Shown here: piece after piece, positions 44,728 to 54,473 of the stretch
Layout: the number at the start of each line of letters is the position of its first letter
Position numbering within the stretch: the first letter of the stretch is position 1
Assembly (NCBI GenBank): GCA_964540995.1
Contig: CAZIOU010000001.1
Span: 6,742-70,741, forward strand
DNA from: an uncultured Gammaproteobacteria bacterium
GTDB taxonomy: Bacteria > Patescibacteriota > Patescibacteriia > UBA1558 > 2-01-FULL-52-15
DNA: 64,000 bases
Reading direction: 5' to 3'
The notes under the pieces: generated by a model
Database searches by the model: none
Seen by the model: only the letters and a program-made list of their open reading frames with translations
What the model was told of the DNA's origin: nothing
Translations under genes and position numbers: made by a program

Positions 44728-45486
44728 ATGACGCGTCGTCTCTTGTATTACAGCTCATTGCTTTGGGTTTTTCTTGGCTTCTTCGCTGCTGTTACCTGGT
44801 GGCACTGGCTGCTCTATATCATGGCGGCTATTTTTATTATCACGGTATTGGGTTTTCGTAGTTTTAGTCGTAAGCCGTTCCGCACCGATGGTTGGCTGTG
44901 GGTCTCCTATGCTTTCTTAGTAACCTTCGCCTATCCGCAGTTTCTCCAATTTGCCGATACCGAATCGCCAGTCTTGTCTTGGTTGTATGCCTTATTAATC
45001 TTATTTCTTTGGTGGTGGCTGCTTTTTTCTGTTAGTCAATATTATAGCTCCAGCAAGATCTTCTCTTCCCAACAATACATTGAGGTCAATCAATTTATCC
45101 AGCTGCTGACCTTCTGGCAGATAAGTAACCTAACCTATTTTTCTTTAGTTAACTTGAATTTTCCCTTCTGGTTGGCGGTCTTGATCATAGCGGCCGTGAC
45201 GTTCTTATTCACTTGGCAAATGATCCGGGTGCATGGGCAGAAGAAAGGTTCTCTCTGGCTGATCCTGACTGCTTGCACGGCAACTACGGTAGAGCTATTT
45301 ATCGCTATCAACCTATTACCGATGAGTTATTATATGCAGTCGGTATTTGTCAGCTTGTGGTTCTTCTTCGTCACCTATCTGACGGTGGCTGGGCAGGATG
45401 TCTCTAGTAGGCGTAAACTCTTCTTCCGAAGCTTGATTTTTATCCTTCTGGCTGTTATGGTCTTAGTCCTAACACGACTGTACTAA
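44728..45486 (+). CDS. hypothetical polytopic membrane protein
   Basis: 252 aa, about 7 hydrophobic helices; tightly packed with its neighbours. Confidence 0.5.
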   Translation: MTRRLLYYSSLLWVFLGFFAAVTWWHWLLYIMAAIFIITVLGFRSFSRKPFRTDGWLWVSYAFLVTFAYPQFLQFADTESPVLSWLYALLILFLWWWLLFSVSQYYSSSKIFSSQQYIEVNQFIQLLTFWQISNLTYFSLVNLNFPFWLAVLIIAAVTFLFTWQMIRVHGQKKGSLWLILTACTATTVELFIAINLLPMSYYMQSVFVSLWFFFVTYLTVAGQDVSSRRKLFFRSLIFILLAVMVLVLTRLY

Positions 45487-46562
45487 TGGCTAATTTCAAA
45501 CATTTTATCCGCCCCACATCAGAGAAACCACCATCATTGGTAAGTGTTACTATTGTTAGTGCTTTGGTTGGTTTGGCTACAGGAGCAGCTGGATTTAGCC
45601 TACTACGAGCGCTCTACCCCAGTGAAACCATCATTACAGGCACTACCGGTGATCTGAGTTCGCTCAAAGTTACTTTTGACGAACCTTTGACTGCTGTAGC
45701 AGCGCAGCTTGATGATCATATAGTACCTGTGTATAACCACATAGAAACCTCAACTACCAATTTATATACTGACCGTGATTACGTGGCTACTGCTTTGATT
45801 GTTACCTCCGATGGTTGGCTGATGGTACCGTCCACCGTGTCAGTACCGGCGCAACCAGATGTCATCGTTAATAACAAAGTCTATCGTGTCACCGAACAGC
45901 ATCTTGATACGGTGGCGCAAGTTCGTTTCTTGAAAATAGATGCCAATAATCTCTCACCGATTCGCTTCACCAAAGATGACGAAGTCAAGCAAGGTGCGCT
46001 CTTGGTCTATGAGCAGGCGCGGATTGCTGGCGGATCACTCTTTAACCGCTCATTAGTTCGGCAGATAGATACCATTGATATGACTAGTCGTATGACGCAG
46101 ATTCACGGTGCTAGCTTGGTGGATCAGACTATTGCTATCGATCAAAATGCTTCTGAGTCGGTTTTTTACTTTACAGCCGGAGGAGCGGTGGCAGGAGTCG
46201 GGCAGGGCGGACAGCTAGTCCCCGCCTACTATATTCGCACGGCTGTGGATAAGTTATTAGCCAAAACTTCCTATGTATCGTTAGGGATTTCCTATGTCGA
46301 TCTCTATCGTCTTCCCGGGCATCAGGATGACGAAGGTGTCTTGATTACTTCCGGTTTACGCGCTGCTATTATCCCAGGATCTCCCGCCGCCAAAGCCGGC
46401 CTCAAGCTCAATGATCATATCGTAGCAGTCGCTGGTACTCCGATCGGCTACACCAACAATAATAGCCTCGGCAAACTGATGCTGGGCTATAAGACTGGCG
46501 ACAGCGTTGTTCTTGATATTGTCCGTGACGGTAAGAAGCAGCAGGTGACAGTACAGTTCTAA
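45486..46562 (+). CDS. membrane-anchored protein with a C-terminal PDZ domain (HtrA-like but without an obvious Ser-protease GNSGG motif)
   Basis: N-terminal TM. C-terminal GVLITSGLRAAIIPGSPAAKAGLKLNDHIVAVAGTPI...GDSVVLDIVRDGKKQQVTVQF = PDZ. Confidence 0.55.
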   Translation: MANFKHFIRPTSEKPPSLVSVTIVSALVGLATGAAGFSLLRALYPSETIITGTTGDLSSLKVTFDEPLTAVAAQLDDHIVPVYNHIETSTTNLYTDRDYVATALIVTSDGWLMVPSTVSVPAQPDVIVNNKVYRVTEQHLDTVAQVRFLKIDANNLSPIRFTKDDEVKQGALLVYEQARIAGGSLFNRSLVRQIDTIDMTSRMTQIHGASLVDQTIAIDQNASESVFYFTAGGAVAGVGQGGQLVPAYYIRTAVDKLLAKTSYVSLGISYVDLYRLPGHQDDEGVLITSGLRAAIIPGSPAAKAGLKLNDHIVAVAGTPIGYTNNNSLGKLMLGYKTGDSVVLDIVRDGKKQQVTVQF

Positions 46563-46900
46563 TCAAGGTCATCGACGGGCGTATCGGGCAGAGGAATATA
46601 GTGAGGAGCCGCTAAGGGCTTCTTTTTGTTTGGTTGCTCGTTGATAACGGGAGGATGAGGGGAATACTTGGGATTAGAGATTTTCCACTTATCAACATAT
46701 TGACCCAAGCCTTGGCTCGCCAGAAGGTTACGGCGGCGCGTACTGACCTGACTCCACTTCACCAGACTATTGAAGTTGATCTTGTAACGTCCTTTGACGA
46801 TGATATAGCGAAGCTGACCAGCATAGATCGCTTGCCTTATAGTTTTGGTCGAAACACCAAATAATCTGGTAGCTTCAGAGATTGAGACTCGAATATCCAT
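46559..46900 (-). CDS. helix-turn-helix DNA-binding protein (excisionase/MerR-like HTH_17)
   Basis: SISEATRLFGVSTKTIRQAIYAGQLRY. Confidence 0.5.
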   Translation of the reverse strand: MDIRVSISEATRLFGVSTKTIRQAIYAGQLRYIIVKGRYKINFNSLVKWSQVSTRRRNLLASQGLGQYVDKWKISNPKYSPHPPVINEQPNKKKPLAAPHYIPLPDTPVDDLD

Positions 46901-47037
46901 GGGAGGTAGGTATTAGTTACTTGTTATCCGTTATTAGGGAAGATAAGATGATATCTCATTTTTATGTATTTCTACCCTAATAACAAATAACTAATTACAT
47001 TTAACTATTATAGTATACACTATTCTATACTTTAATG

Positions 47038-47260
47038 GGTGCTAGGGGCTCGTCACTCGGTACTCGGAAGAGGAGGGGAAGAAACTAGAAACTTGGAACT
47101 GGAAACTAGGAAGAGGGTATCCGCTACCCGCTATCCGGGCGGATTCCGGGTAGCGGACTCCGGACCCCTATTTCAAGTTCCTAATTTCTAGCTTTTAGGC
47201 CCTAGTCCCTACTTCCTACGTCCTAAGGCATACTGCCTTATCCCTAGTACCCAGCACCAT
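47038..47260. repeat. GC-rich palindromic intergenic element (family copy 7, longest)
   Basis: gggtgctaggggctcgtcactcggtactcggaag...gggtatccgctacccgctatccgggcggattccgggtagcggactccggacccc...ccctagtacccagcacc. Confidence 0.7.
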
Positions 47261-47427
47261 TTCTTCCTATCCTTGTCAAGTTTACAAAAATGCCTTATTT
47301 TGTTACTATTTTGTCAATCTGACAGTGAAGGCGTCAGAGTACATTGTGAAAAGGGCCTGTATTTAGGCTTTTTTTCGCTATTTGTGCCGTTAACTGTAAT
47401 ATTTAAACCAATAATCCGACTACTTAA

Positions 47428-47991
47428 GTGAAGGGAGTTCGTAAAAGCTTAAAGGAGAGAATCGCGTATTTACGGCTATTAGCAGGCGATACCGATGCTT
47501 TTGGCTATTTCTACGATCAGTACGCTCCCAAGATTTATAGCTATATCTATTTCCGCACCTCGGACCAGGAAGCGGCTCAAGATATCATGCATGACGTCTT
47601 CCTCCGAGCTTGGCAGTATATAGTAGATAAGAAGAAGGTAGATAATTTCCGCGCGCTGCTCTATCAGATAGCTCGCAACAAAATCGTTGATTTCTACCGC
47701 GCCAAGGAAATCGCCCCCACCTTATTAGATGAGACGGTGGCGGTCATCGTACAAGATCAAGGCGGTGTAGCTCTCGATATCGACATTCTCCGCCAGCGCA
47801 TCGTTTCACTTAAAGACGAATATCAGGAAGTCATCACCTTACGTCATTTAGAAGGATTAAGTATTGATGAGATAAGTGTAGTGCTCGGTAAGGATAAGAA
47901 TAATGTCCGCGTCACCTTACATCGAGCTTTGACTAAATTAAAAGAATTATACCAAGCCCCTCCACATGATTCATCTGATCAGCAAAATTAA
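47428..47991 (+). CDS. ECF-type RNA polymerase sigma-70 factor
   Basis: Region 2 (AQDIMHDVFLRAWQY) and region 4 (EVITLRHLEGLSIDEISVVLGKDKNNVRVTLHRALTKLK). Confidence 0.85.
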   Translation: MKGVRKSLKERIAYLRLLAGDTDAFGYFYDQYAPKIYSYIYFRTSDQEAAQDIMHDVFLRAWQYIVDKKKVDNFRALLYQIARNKIVDFYRAKEIAPTLLDETVAVIVQDQGGVALDIDILRQRIVSLKDEYQEVITLRHLEGLSIDEISVVLGKDKNNVRVTLHRALTKLKELYQAPPHDSSDQQN

Positions 47992-49228
47992 GCAGCAACC
48001 CGACCTTGTCCCTGACAAGCAGTGGTTACGTCTTCAGAAGGCGGCTCTTTTGTCTGAAATTTCTGTCATGCAGAAGGAACGACAGGCTCAACGTTTGTCC
48101 TTGGGGCAGAGAGCGGAGTTGATTTCTTTGCGTATTACCAGACGCTTCGTACCGTCTACTATGAATGTAGCGGTTTTTGCCGTTTTATTACTCATTGTTT
48201 CTTCCGCTGGTTTCATGGCTCAAGCTGCAGTACCAGGTGACATCCTCTATACGGTCAAGATTTCCTTAGAGAAGGCCGAGTTAACCTTAGCCAACGATCC
48301 AGTATCCGAAGCCGAGATCTCTATGAAACACGCCGATGTCCGTTTACGAGAATTGGCCGTTATTTCTTCCAACGATAATATCGATACCCAGACCAAAGAC
48401 CAAGCCATGGCTGAAGTGGTTCGTCGTCTGGAGAAGAATATCGTCGCCGCCGACAGTAGCTTGAAGATTGCTCGTTCGAGTGGTGATAGCGATCGTATTT
48501 CCAAGACGCTCATCCTAGCCCGCGATCTGTCGCGCCGCGCCGAGACTACTGCCAAGACACTAGAGAAACAAGTCAAAGATATTGCTGGTGTAGTGGTCGT
48601 CGATGGACGAGTGATCGCTAGTAACCAGAAGATTTATAAACAAGTAGCAGTCAATCCTTGGAGCGGTATCAATCCTCAGAACGAAGCTGTCCGCGGCAAA
48701 GATGTAGTCACCGCTCTGACGGAAGCTATCAAGCTCCATGAAGGTGTCTCTACCAACGCTGCTAATACCGTATTAGAAATCAAGGATCAAGAACATAACT
48801 CGGTAGCTCAAGAAGAAGTTAATGATGTACTGACCAATCGTATCGCTACGCAGCAAGCTAAGCTGGATAACGTCAAGAAAGTTATGGCTAGCATTGATGA
48901 GCAATCCGTCCGTAAATTAATTCTGGAAGATCCCACTAAGTCTGTTATTTACTCCCAATACATTCGCCTCGACGTCCAAGTCAAAGAAGCGGAGACCAAT
49001 CTGGCAGCTGCTGCCAAGCTCTTGACCGAGAAGAAAGAGGACGAAGCGAATGTGAAGTTAGAAGCCAGTAGGCAGGTTATCGATGCGATAGCGGGAGTGC
49101 TGGCCAAAGTAAATATCATTGGTACTAAGCAAGATGAGAAAGATGCAAGTGCCGGTGGTACGACGGGAACCGTGAAGATTGAGACTGTTACCAAAGGGGC
49201 AACTACGACTGATCCGTTAACCCGTTAG
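47966..49228 (+). CDS. membrane-anchored anti-sigma factor-like protein (DUF5667-type)
   Basis: Overlaps the sigma gene by 26 nt; single TM (VAVFAVLLLIVSSAGFMAQAAVPG), then DILYTVKISLEKAEL and a long helical domain. Confidence 0.55.
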   Translation: MIHLISKIKQQPDLVPDKQWLRLQKAALLSEISVMQKERQAQRLSLGQRAELISLRITRRFVPSTMNVAVFAVLLLIVSSAGFMAQAAVPGDILYTVKISLEKAELTLANDPVSEAEISMKHADVRLRELAVISSNDNIDTQTKDQAMAEVVRRLEKNIVAADSSLKIARSSGDSDRISKTLILARDLSRRAETTAKTLEKQVKDIAGVVVVDGRVIASNQKIYKQVAVNPWSGINPQNEAVRGKDVVTALTEAIKLHEGVSTNAANTVLEIKDQEHNSVAQEEVNDVLTNRIATQQAKLDNVKKVMASIDEQSVRKLILEDPTKSVIYSQYIRLDVQVKEAETNLAAAAKLLTEKKEDEANVKLEASRQVIDAIAGVLAKVNIIGTKQDEKDASAGGTTGTVKIETVTKGATTTDPLTR

Positions 49229-49907
49229 TTCATTTCACTGTCTGGTTGGTATAGTTAAATTCCCTATTCCATAGTGTCGTTAAACTTATGGTCAGGCGTT
49301 ACTGGCCAAGGATAGCGAAAATTCGCCTATGTCCTTATACGACTAGGGCGAAACGCAGTTGTTTATTAACAAATTCATCGAGCTGAGCTCGATGCAAACG
49401 TTCTACCGTAATCATGCGCAATAGACACGATTACGTCATGGGGTCCCCTGTTAACACTCGGGACTGCGGACGTCTTCGCCGTCCTTGGTTAAGGTTCTAG
49501 TCTCTACACGGTGCTTTGTCACGGTTGGGGGCTAGGTCCCTTAACTAATCAGCCTGTAAAACGTGCAGGTTGGTGGCCTTGAAATACCGAGCGGAGTTCC
49601 ATTTATGGAATGAAGCGAGGTATCTAAGGGTGTGCTTATTGCGCGCGCATTAAGGGAACGTTTGTACTCACTCGTATCTTATGATCGAGTGGGCCGTTAT
49701 GTCACTAGGCCTCTGGCCCAAGAACATAACTCTAATAACTCGTTCTAATACTGTTCCGCTTTTGATAAATTATCGCAGTACTCCATGATGGCTTCCGACC
49801 AGCAAGGTCGACTCATCCGAAAGGGTGATCGGGGAGGAGTCCAACGTGATACAGGGTGCCGAGATAATGAAAGCGCTGGTACTAGAACGTAAGGAGATAG
49901 ATTCTAA

Positions 49908-52900
49908 ATGTCTAATTTAGCTAAGAAGTTCTTCGTCGTCTCTTTGGTTTTTGCCACTGTGATGTTGAACGTAGCATCGGTACTCGTACCGTCTGCTCAC
50001 GCTTTGGCAGCTGGTGACTTGATCAAAGGTCCTAACTCCGATGCAGTTTACTACATCGGTGCGGACATGAAGAAATACGTTTTTCCTGATGGCAAAACAT
50101 ATTTCACTTGGTACAAGAATTTCAATGGTGTTAAGAAGGTAACCGTCAATGATTTGGATATGTATCCAAATGGCGGTGCCGTTACTTACCGTCCTGGAAC
50201 AAAATTGGTAAAGACTGTTGATTCCAACAAAGTCTATGCCGTTGAACCAGGTGGTACGCTTCGCTGGATCAAGGATGAAGCGACAGCTATTGCCCTTTGG
50301 GGTAGTAACTGGGCCAAGAATGTAAATGATGTAATCCCAGGTTATTTCTCAGCCACTTATAAGGTTGGTGCTGACCTCGGATCCATGTACCCAACTGGTC
50401 AATTGATCCAAAAGAATGGTGATTCTACTATCTACTTCGTAGATGGTTCCACTATTCGTCCGTTTGCCTCTGGTGACGCCTTCACTGTAAACGGTTTCGA
50501 CTATGCCTTCATCGTGAAGGTTGCCAATACCACTGGTTACACCACTGGTAGCTCGATCACCGGTCAAGAGAGTGCTTTGAGTTCAATCAACGCTTCCTCT
50601 TCTGTCCCAGCTGTTGCTGGTGCTTTGACCGTTTCATTGGCCGCTGATACGCCAGCTTCTGGTGTCGTAGTGTCCAATGTTTCTCGAGTTCCGTTCACTA
50701 AGGTCAATCTGACCACTGGTAACAACCCTGTTACCATCGATACGATCGTCGTCAAACGCGGTGGTATTGGTCAGGATGGTGCATTTGCTTCCGTCGACAT
50801 TTTAGACGGTAAGACCATGTTGCCATTTGATCCGAATTCCAAGAGTTTCAATTCCAATCACGAAGCTAATTTCACCAAGGATATTACCATCCCTGCTAAC
50901 ACTACTTGGCCAATTTACTTGGCTGGTAATATTGGTGCGGTTGGTAATACCTACGCAGGTGAATTCCCAGCTTTGGGTATTTCAGCTATTACATTGACAG
51001 CTGGTTCATCCTTGAGTGGCTCTTTGCCAATCATGGGTAACACACAGACCTTGAATGGTACGATTAACGTCGGAACGGTTGCCGTCTCTCGAGGTGCATA
51101 TGCAAATGCGACATCAACTCAAGAGGTGGGCAAGACCAACTATACCTTCTTTTCGTTTGCAGTCGCTGCTAATACAGAAGACATGAATATTACTAATGTC
51201 TCTGTATATCAAAGAGGCAATGCGACTCTTGGAACTGATTTGGTTAACGCCAAATTGTTGAAGGATGGTACTAAGATTGCTGATGGAACGTACTCTGACA
51301 AATATATCAACTTCACTTTGGCTACGCCATTGAAGATTGATAAGGGTCAGACGGCTCAGTTGCAGGTACAGGCTGATATAGCAGGCGGATCTACCCGCAC
51401 CGTTCAGTTAGCTTTTTATAGAGCTACTGATTTGGTATCAAAGGGTATGACTTATGGCTATAATGTAACACCAACCTTCTCGGGTACAGGTTACAAAGGT
51501 TCGGTAACGGCTACTCCGATATTCACCGCCGAGACCACTACAATCTCTAAAGGAAGTTTAGTTATTGAGAGAAGTAATACAGTTGGCTCTAACAACATCG
51601 GTATCGGTAATGATCAGGTATTAGGCGCGTTTAAGTTTACAGTAAAGGGCGAACCAATTGATGTTTCGGCTCTCACTGTATATATTGCATCTTCTACCTC
51701 AGCTATTACTGACGCTTCTGCTGCTTTACAGAATGTAAAGTTGATAGATTCTAACGGTGTAACTGTAGCCGGTCCTTCTGACTTTACTACTCACACTCTA
51801 AACATTGCTTTCACGGATACCTTTACGGCTCCGGTGGGAGAGAATGTTTACAAGATTGTTGCTAATGTAATGAGTAACGGTGGTTGGACTTCTAATGATA
51901 CGATTTGGGCTGGAATTAATACTCCGTCCAATAAGATCACAACACGCGGTCAGGTAACTGGTGAGTCAATCACAGCCACCCCCGGTAGCGACATCTCAAC
52001 TAACACCCAGACAATTAGAGGTGCTAAGTTGACTGTAACCCGCAACACCTTGCCGTCTACTGGCACTGTCGTGAAGGGCAGTCAAGATGTGCTCCTGGGT
52101 TCTTGGACCTTCGATGCTGCGTCTGCTGGTGAGGATATCCGCATCACTTCATTACTCTTCGCTGCTTCTTCCTCCAATGCAACTAACTTGACCGTCTATG
52201 ATGGCAAGTACGGTTCTGGCGGTGTAGCTAAGAGTCCTGTCAACGATGCTCCTTCTAGCGATGATGACAACGCTACTTCAACCTTTGCTTTTGACACACC
52301 TATCGTTATTACGAAGGGTACGACAAAGACAATTGAATTAGTTGGTGATATCAATACTGGTGCCAACACTGGTGACTCTGCTCAGTTTGGATTGACCGAT
52401 ACTGTTGCTGCTACTAACGCTTCAGTTGTTGCTTACGGTGTCCAGACAGGCAACCGCGCCAATATTACCTTAGTCGCTGATAACGGTGCTGTGCTCAGCT
52501 ATGCTGGTGCTGGTGCTGTAACTGTAAGTTCTTACAATAACCCAAGTAATGGATTGGTTCGCGCTGGCGCCACTGGTGTTACCTTTGGTTCCATCAAGTT
52601 TGACGCTTCATCTGCGGAAGATCTAGACTTGGATCAGTTGGTTATTGGTGTTGCTGATGGCGGTATCACTGGTACTGCTACTGGTAACTACCAGGATGTG
52701 ACTAAAGTTTACATCTATGATGGTTCTACCAAGTTAGGAGAAGCCACCATTCCGTCAACTGGTACCTATACTATTGACTTCAATAACGGTACTTTGACAG
52801 TTCCGAAGGGCGCTTCTAAAACCCTGACTATTAAGGTAGATGTAGGTACGATTGATACCTCTGCTGATGATAGCCCTGCTACACCAGCCGCAGATATCCT

Positions 52901-53681
52901 CTTCAAGTTAGACGGCGGCACTGCTGGCTTCAAGTTCACTGGTGTTTCCAGTAACGCGACAGCCACAGAAACCAACAATGGTTCCACTACTTCATCCATG
53001 GTCATACATAAGTCTCTTCCTTCTGTCACCTTCTCTCAGAGCGGTGCTACATTAGGAGCGGCTTCATCCTTGGCCAATGGCAGCAATGACCTGTACAAGT
53101 TTAAGGTTAGCGCTGATGCTGCTGGTGGCGATGTCTTGCTCTACCGAACGTCGTTTGAATTGACGACTGGAGGAGGCGCAGATACAACCCTAACCAATTG
53201 TTTCGTCAAGGATCAGAACGGATCGACTATCACTTCAGTTACCACCCCAACCTCACGCGGTGAAGCTGGTAACGGTAAGAATGTCGTATCTTTCGTCTTC
53301 GATAACCCATCTATCTCGGTAGGTGATACGAAAGAAGCTCTGTCAGTATCTCCTGGCGATTCAAAAACCTATACCTTGAATTGTACGGTTGCTAATGCCG
53401 GATCCGGTGACTTCGTCGCTGTATCTCTGCTTGGCGACACCGCTTCCAGTACTCCGGCTGCCTCTCATGGTACTCCGGCTGCTACTGGTCAGAACAAAGC
53501 TGATGCTTGGTCTGCATACCAACAAGGTAACTTCATCTGGTCAGATAACTTTAAGAACCTTGGACTCGCTACGAACGATGCTAATGCTACCGCCTATGGT
53601 CAGTGGTACAATGGTTACTTAGTCAGCGGTTTGGGACAGAATTCAACCACCACTGCTTACACAGTTGGTTGGTCATCCTAA
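49908..53681 (+). CDS. large secreted Thr/Ser/Gly/Ala-rich surface protein (S-layer/adhesin-like; candidate glycoprotein)
   Basis: RBS aaggagat; signal peptide MSNLAKKFFVVSLVFATVMLNVASVLVPSAHALAAG; 1257 aa of beta-rich Ig-like repeats; no TM anchor. Confidence 0.8.
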   Translation: MSNLAKKFFVVSLVFATVMLNVASVLVPSAHALAAGDLIKGPNSDAVYYIGADMKKYVFPDGKTYFTWYKNFNGVKKVTVNDLDMYPNGGAVTYRPGTKLVKTVDSNKVYAVEPGGTLRWIKDEATAIALWGSNWAKNVNDVIPGYFSATYKVGADLGSMYPTGQLIQKNGDSTIYFVDGSTIRPFASGDAFTVNGFDYAFIVKVANTTGYTTGSSITGQESALSSINASSSVPAVAGALTVSLAADTPASGVVVSNVSRVPFTKVNLTTGNNPVTIDTIVVKRGGIGQDGAFASVDILDGKTMLPFDPNSKSFNSNHEANFTKDITIPANTTWPIYLAGNIGAVGNTYAGEFPALGISAITLTAGSSLSGSLPIMGNTQTLNGTINVGTVAVSRGAYANATSTQEVGKTNYTFFSFAVAANTEDMNITNVSVYQRGNATLGTDLVNAKLLKDGTKIADGTYSDKYINFTLATPLKIDKGQTAQLQVQADIAGGSTRTVQLAFYRATDLVSKGMTYGYNVTPTFSGTGYKGSVTATPIFTAETTTISKGSLVIERSNTVGSNNIGIGNDQVLGAFKFTVKGEPIDVSALTVYIASSTSAITDASAALQNVKLIDSNGVTVAGPSDFTTHTLNIAFTDTFTAPVGENVYKIVANVMSNGGWTSNDTIWAGINTPSNKITTRGQVTGESITATPGSDISTNTQTIRGAKLTVTRNTLPSTGTVVKGSQDVLLGSWTFDAASAGEDIRITSLLFAASSSNATNLTVYDGKYGSGGVAKSPVNDAPSSDDDNATSTFAFDTPIVITKGTTKTIELVGDINTGANTGDSAQFGLTDTVAATNASVVAYGVQTGNRANITLVADNGAVLSYAGAGAVTVSSYNNPSNGLVRAGATGVTFGSIKFDASSAEDLDLDQLVIGVADGGITGTATGNYQDVTKVYIYDGSTKLGEATIPSTGTYTIDFNNGTLTVPKGASKTLTIKVDVGTIDTSADDSPATPAADILFKLDGGTAGFKFTGVSSNATATETNNGSTTSSMVIHKSLPSVTFSQSGATLGAASSLANGSNDLYKFKVSADAAGGDVLLYRTSFELTTGGGADTTLTNCFVKDQNGSTITSVTTPTSRGEAGNGKNVVSFVFDNPSISVGDTKEALSVSPGDSKTYTLNCTVANAGSGDFVAVSLLGDTASSTPAASHGTPAATGQNKADAWSAYQQGNFIWSDNFKNLGLATNDANATAYGQWYNGYLVSGLGQNSTTTAYTVGWSS

Positions 53682-53753
53682 TCTCTGATTCTCATTTCGG
53701 GTAATCCACCCGAAATAACAATAACTACCCTCGAGCGAAAGCTTGGGGGTAGC

Positions 53754-54470
53754 TTGTTTTTTGGCCAGAAATATACTATTCTTCAGGAACATATGATTAG
53801 AAATATAAAGAAACAATGGCTTATTATTGCCGTAACCGCGGTACTTGTGGTGGTCGCCGTTATGCTGTATACCAGCTCACGAATGTCACAACTTCTCAAT
53901 CGTCCATATGAACTCAAAGATTTTCCTCAGGTTCAAGGTACAGCAGAATATCAGATAGTCGTGGATGGGTTGAATAAGTCAAGAGAGAAGATACTGTCAA
54001 AACCAGAAGATCAAGTAGTACTCTATGATCTGTGGAATGATGTTGGCGTACGAAAGCTTGCGCTCAATGATTATTACGGCGCTGAAGCTGCCTGGAAGAA
54101 AGCCGAAAGTATCAATTCGAAGAATCCATTAGCTATCGCAAATCGGGCCAATCTGTATAAGGCTTTTTTACATCGTTTCTATGAATCTGAGAAATTATAT
54201 TTGCAAGCTATCGCTCTGAATAAGACAGCTGAACCATATTTTCCTGATTATGAAGGGTTAGCTGATCTGTACCAAAATTATTGGCAGGACAAGAAGTCCA
54301 AGGTTGAATCTCTGATGCTTTCAGCTATTGATAAAGCTTTTGATCCGCTTAATAAAGCGCGCTTTTATCTATTCTTGGCTAACTATATGAGATCTACTGA
54401 TCCCGCAAAGTTCGAAATGTATCGAGCTGAGACGATTAAATACGATCCATCATTATCAAGTCAATTTTAA
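53754..54470 (+). CDS. membrane-anchored TPR-like repeat protein
   Basis: N-terminal TM (WLIIAVTAVLVVVAVMLY), then helical repeats. Confidence 0.45.
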   Translation: MFFGQKYTILQEHMIRNIKKQWLIIAVTAVLVVVAVMLYTSSRMSQLLNRPYELKDFPQVQGTAEYQIVVDGLNKSREKILSKPEDQVVLYDLWNDVGVRKLALNDYYGAEAAWKKAESINSKNPLAIANRANLYKAFLHRFYESEKLYLQAIALNKTAEPYFPDYEGLADLYQNYWQDKKSKVESLMLSAIDKAFDPLNKARFYLFLANYMRSTDPAKFEMYRAETIKYDPSLSSQF

Positions 54471-54473
54471 ATT

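Noticed and set aside
11608-47260. Whether the GC-rich repeats form a CRISPR array
   Set aside because: Copies are 90-220 bp, internally palindromic, of different lengths and kilobases apart, with no regular repeat-spacer periodicity and no cas genes. I classed them as a dispersed REP/MITE-like family instead.
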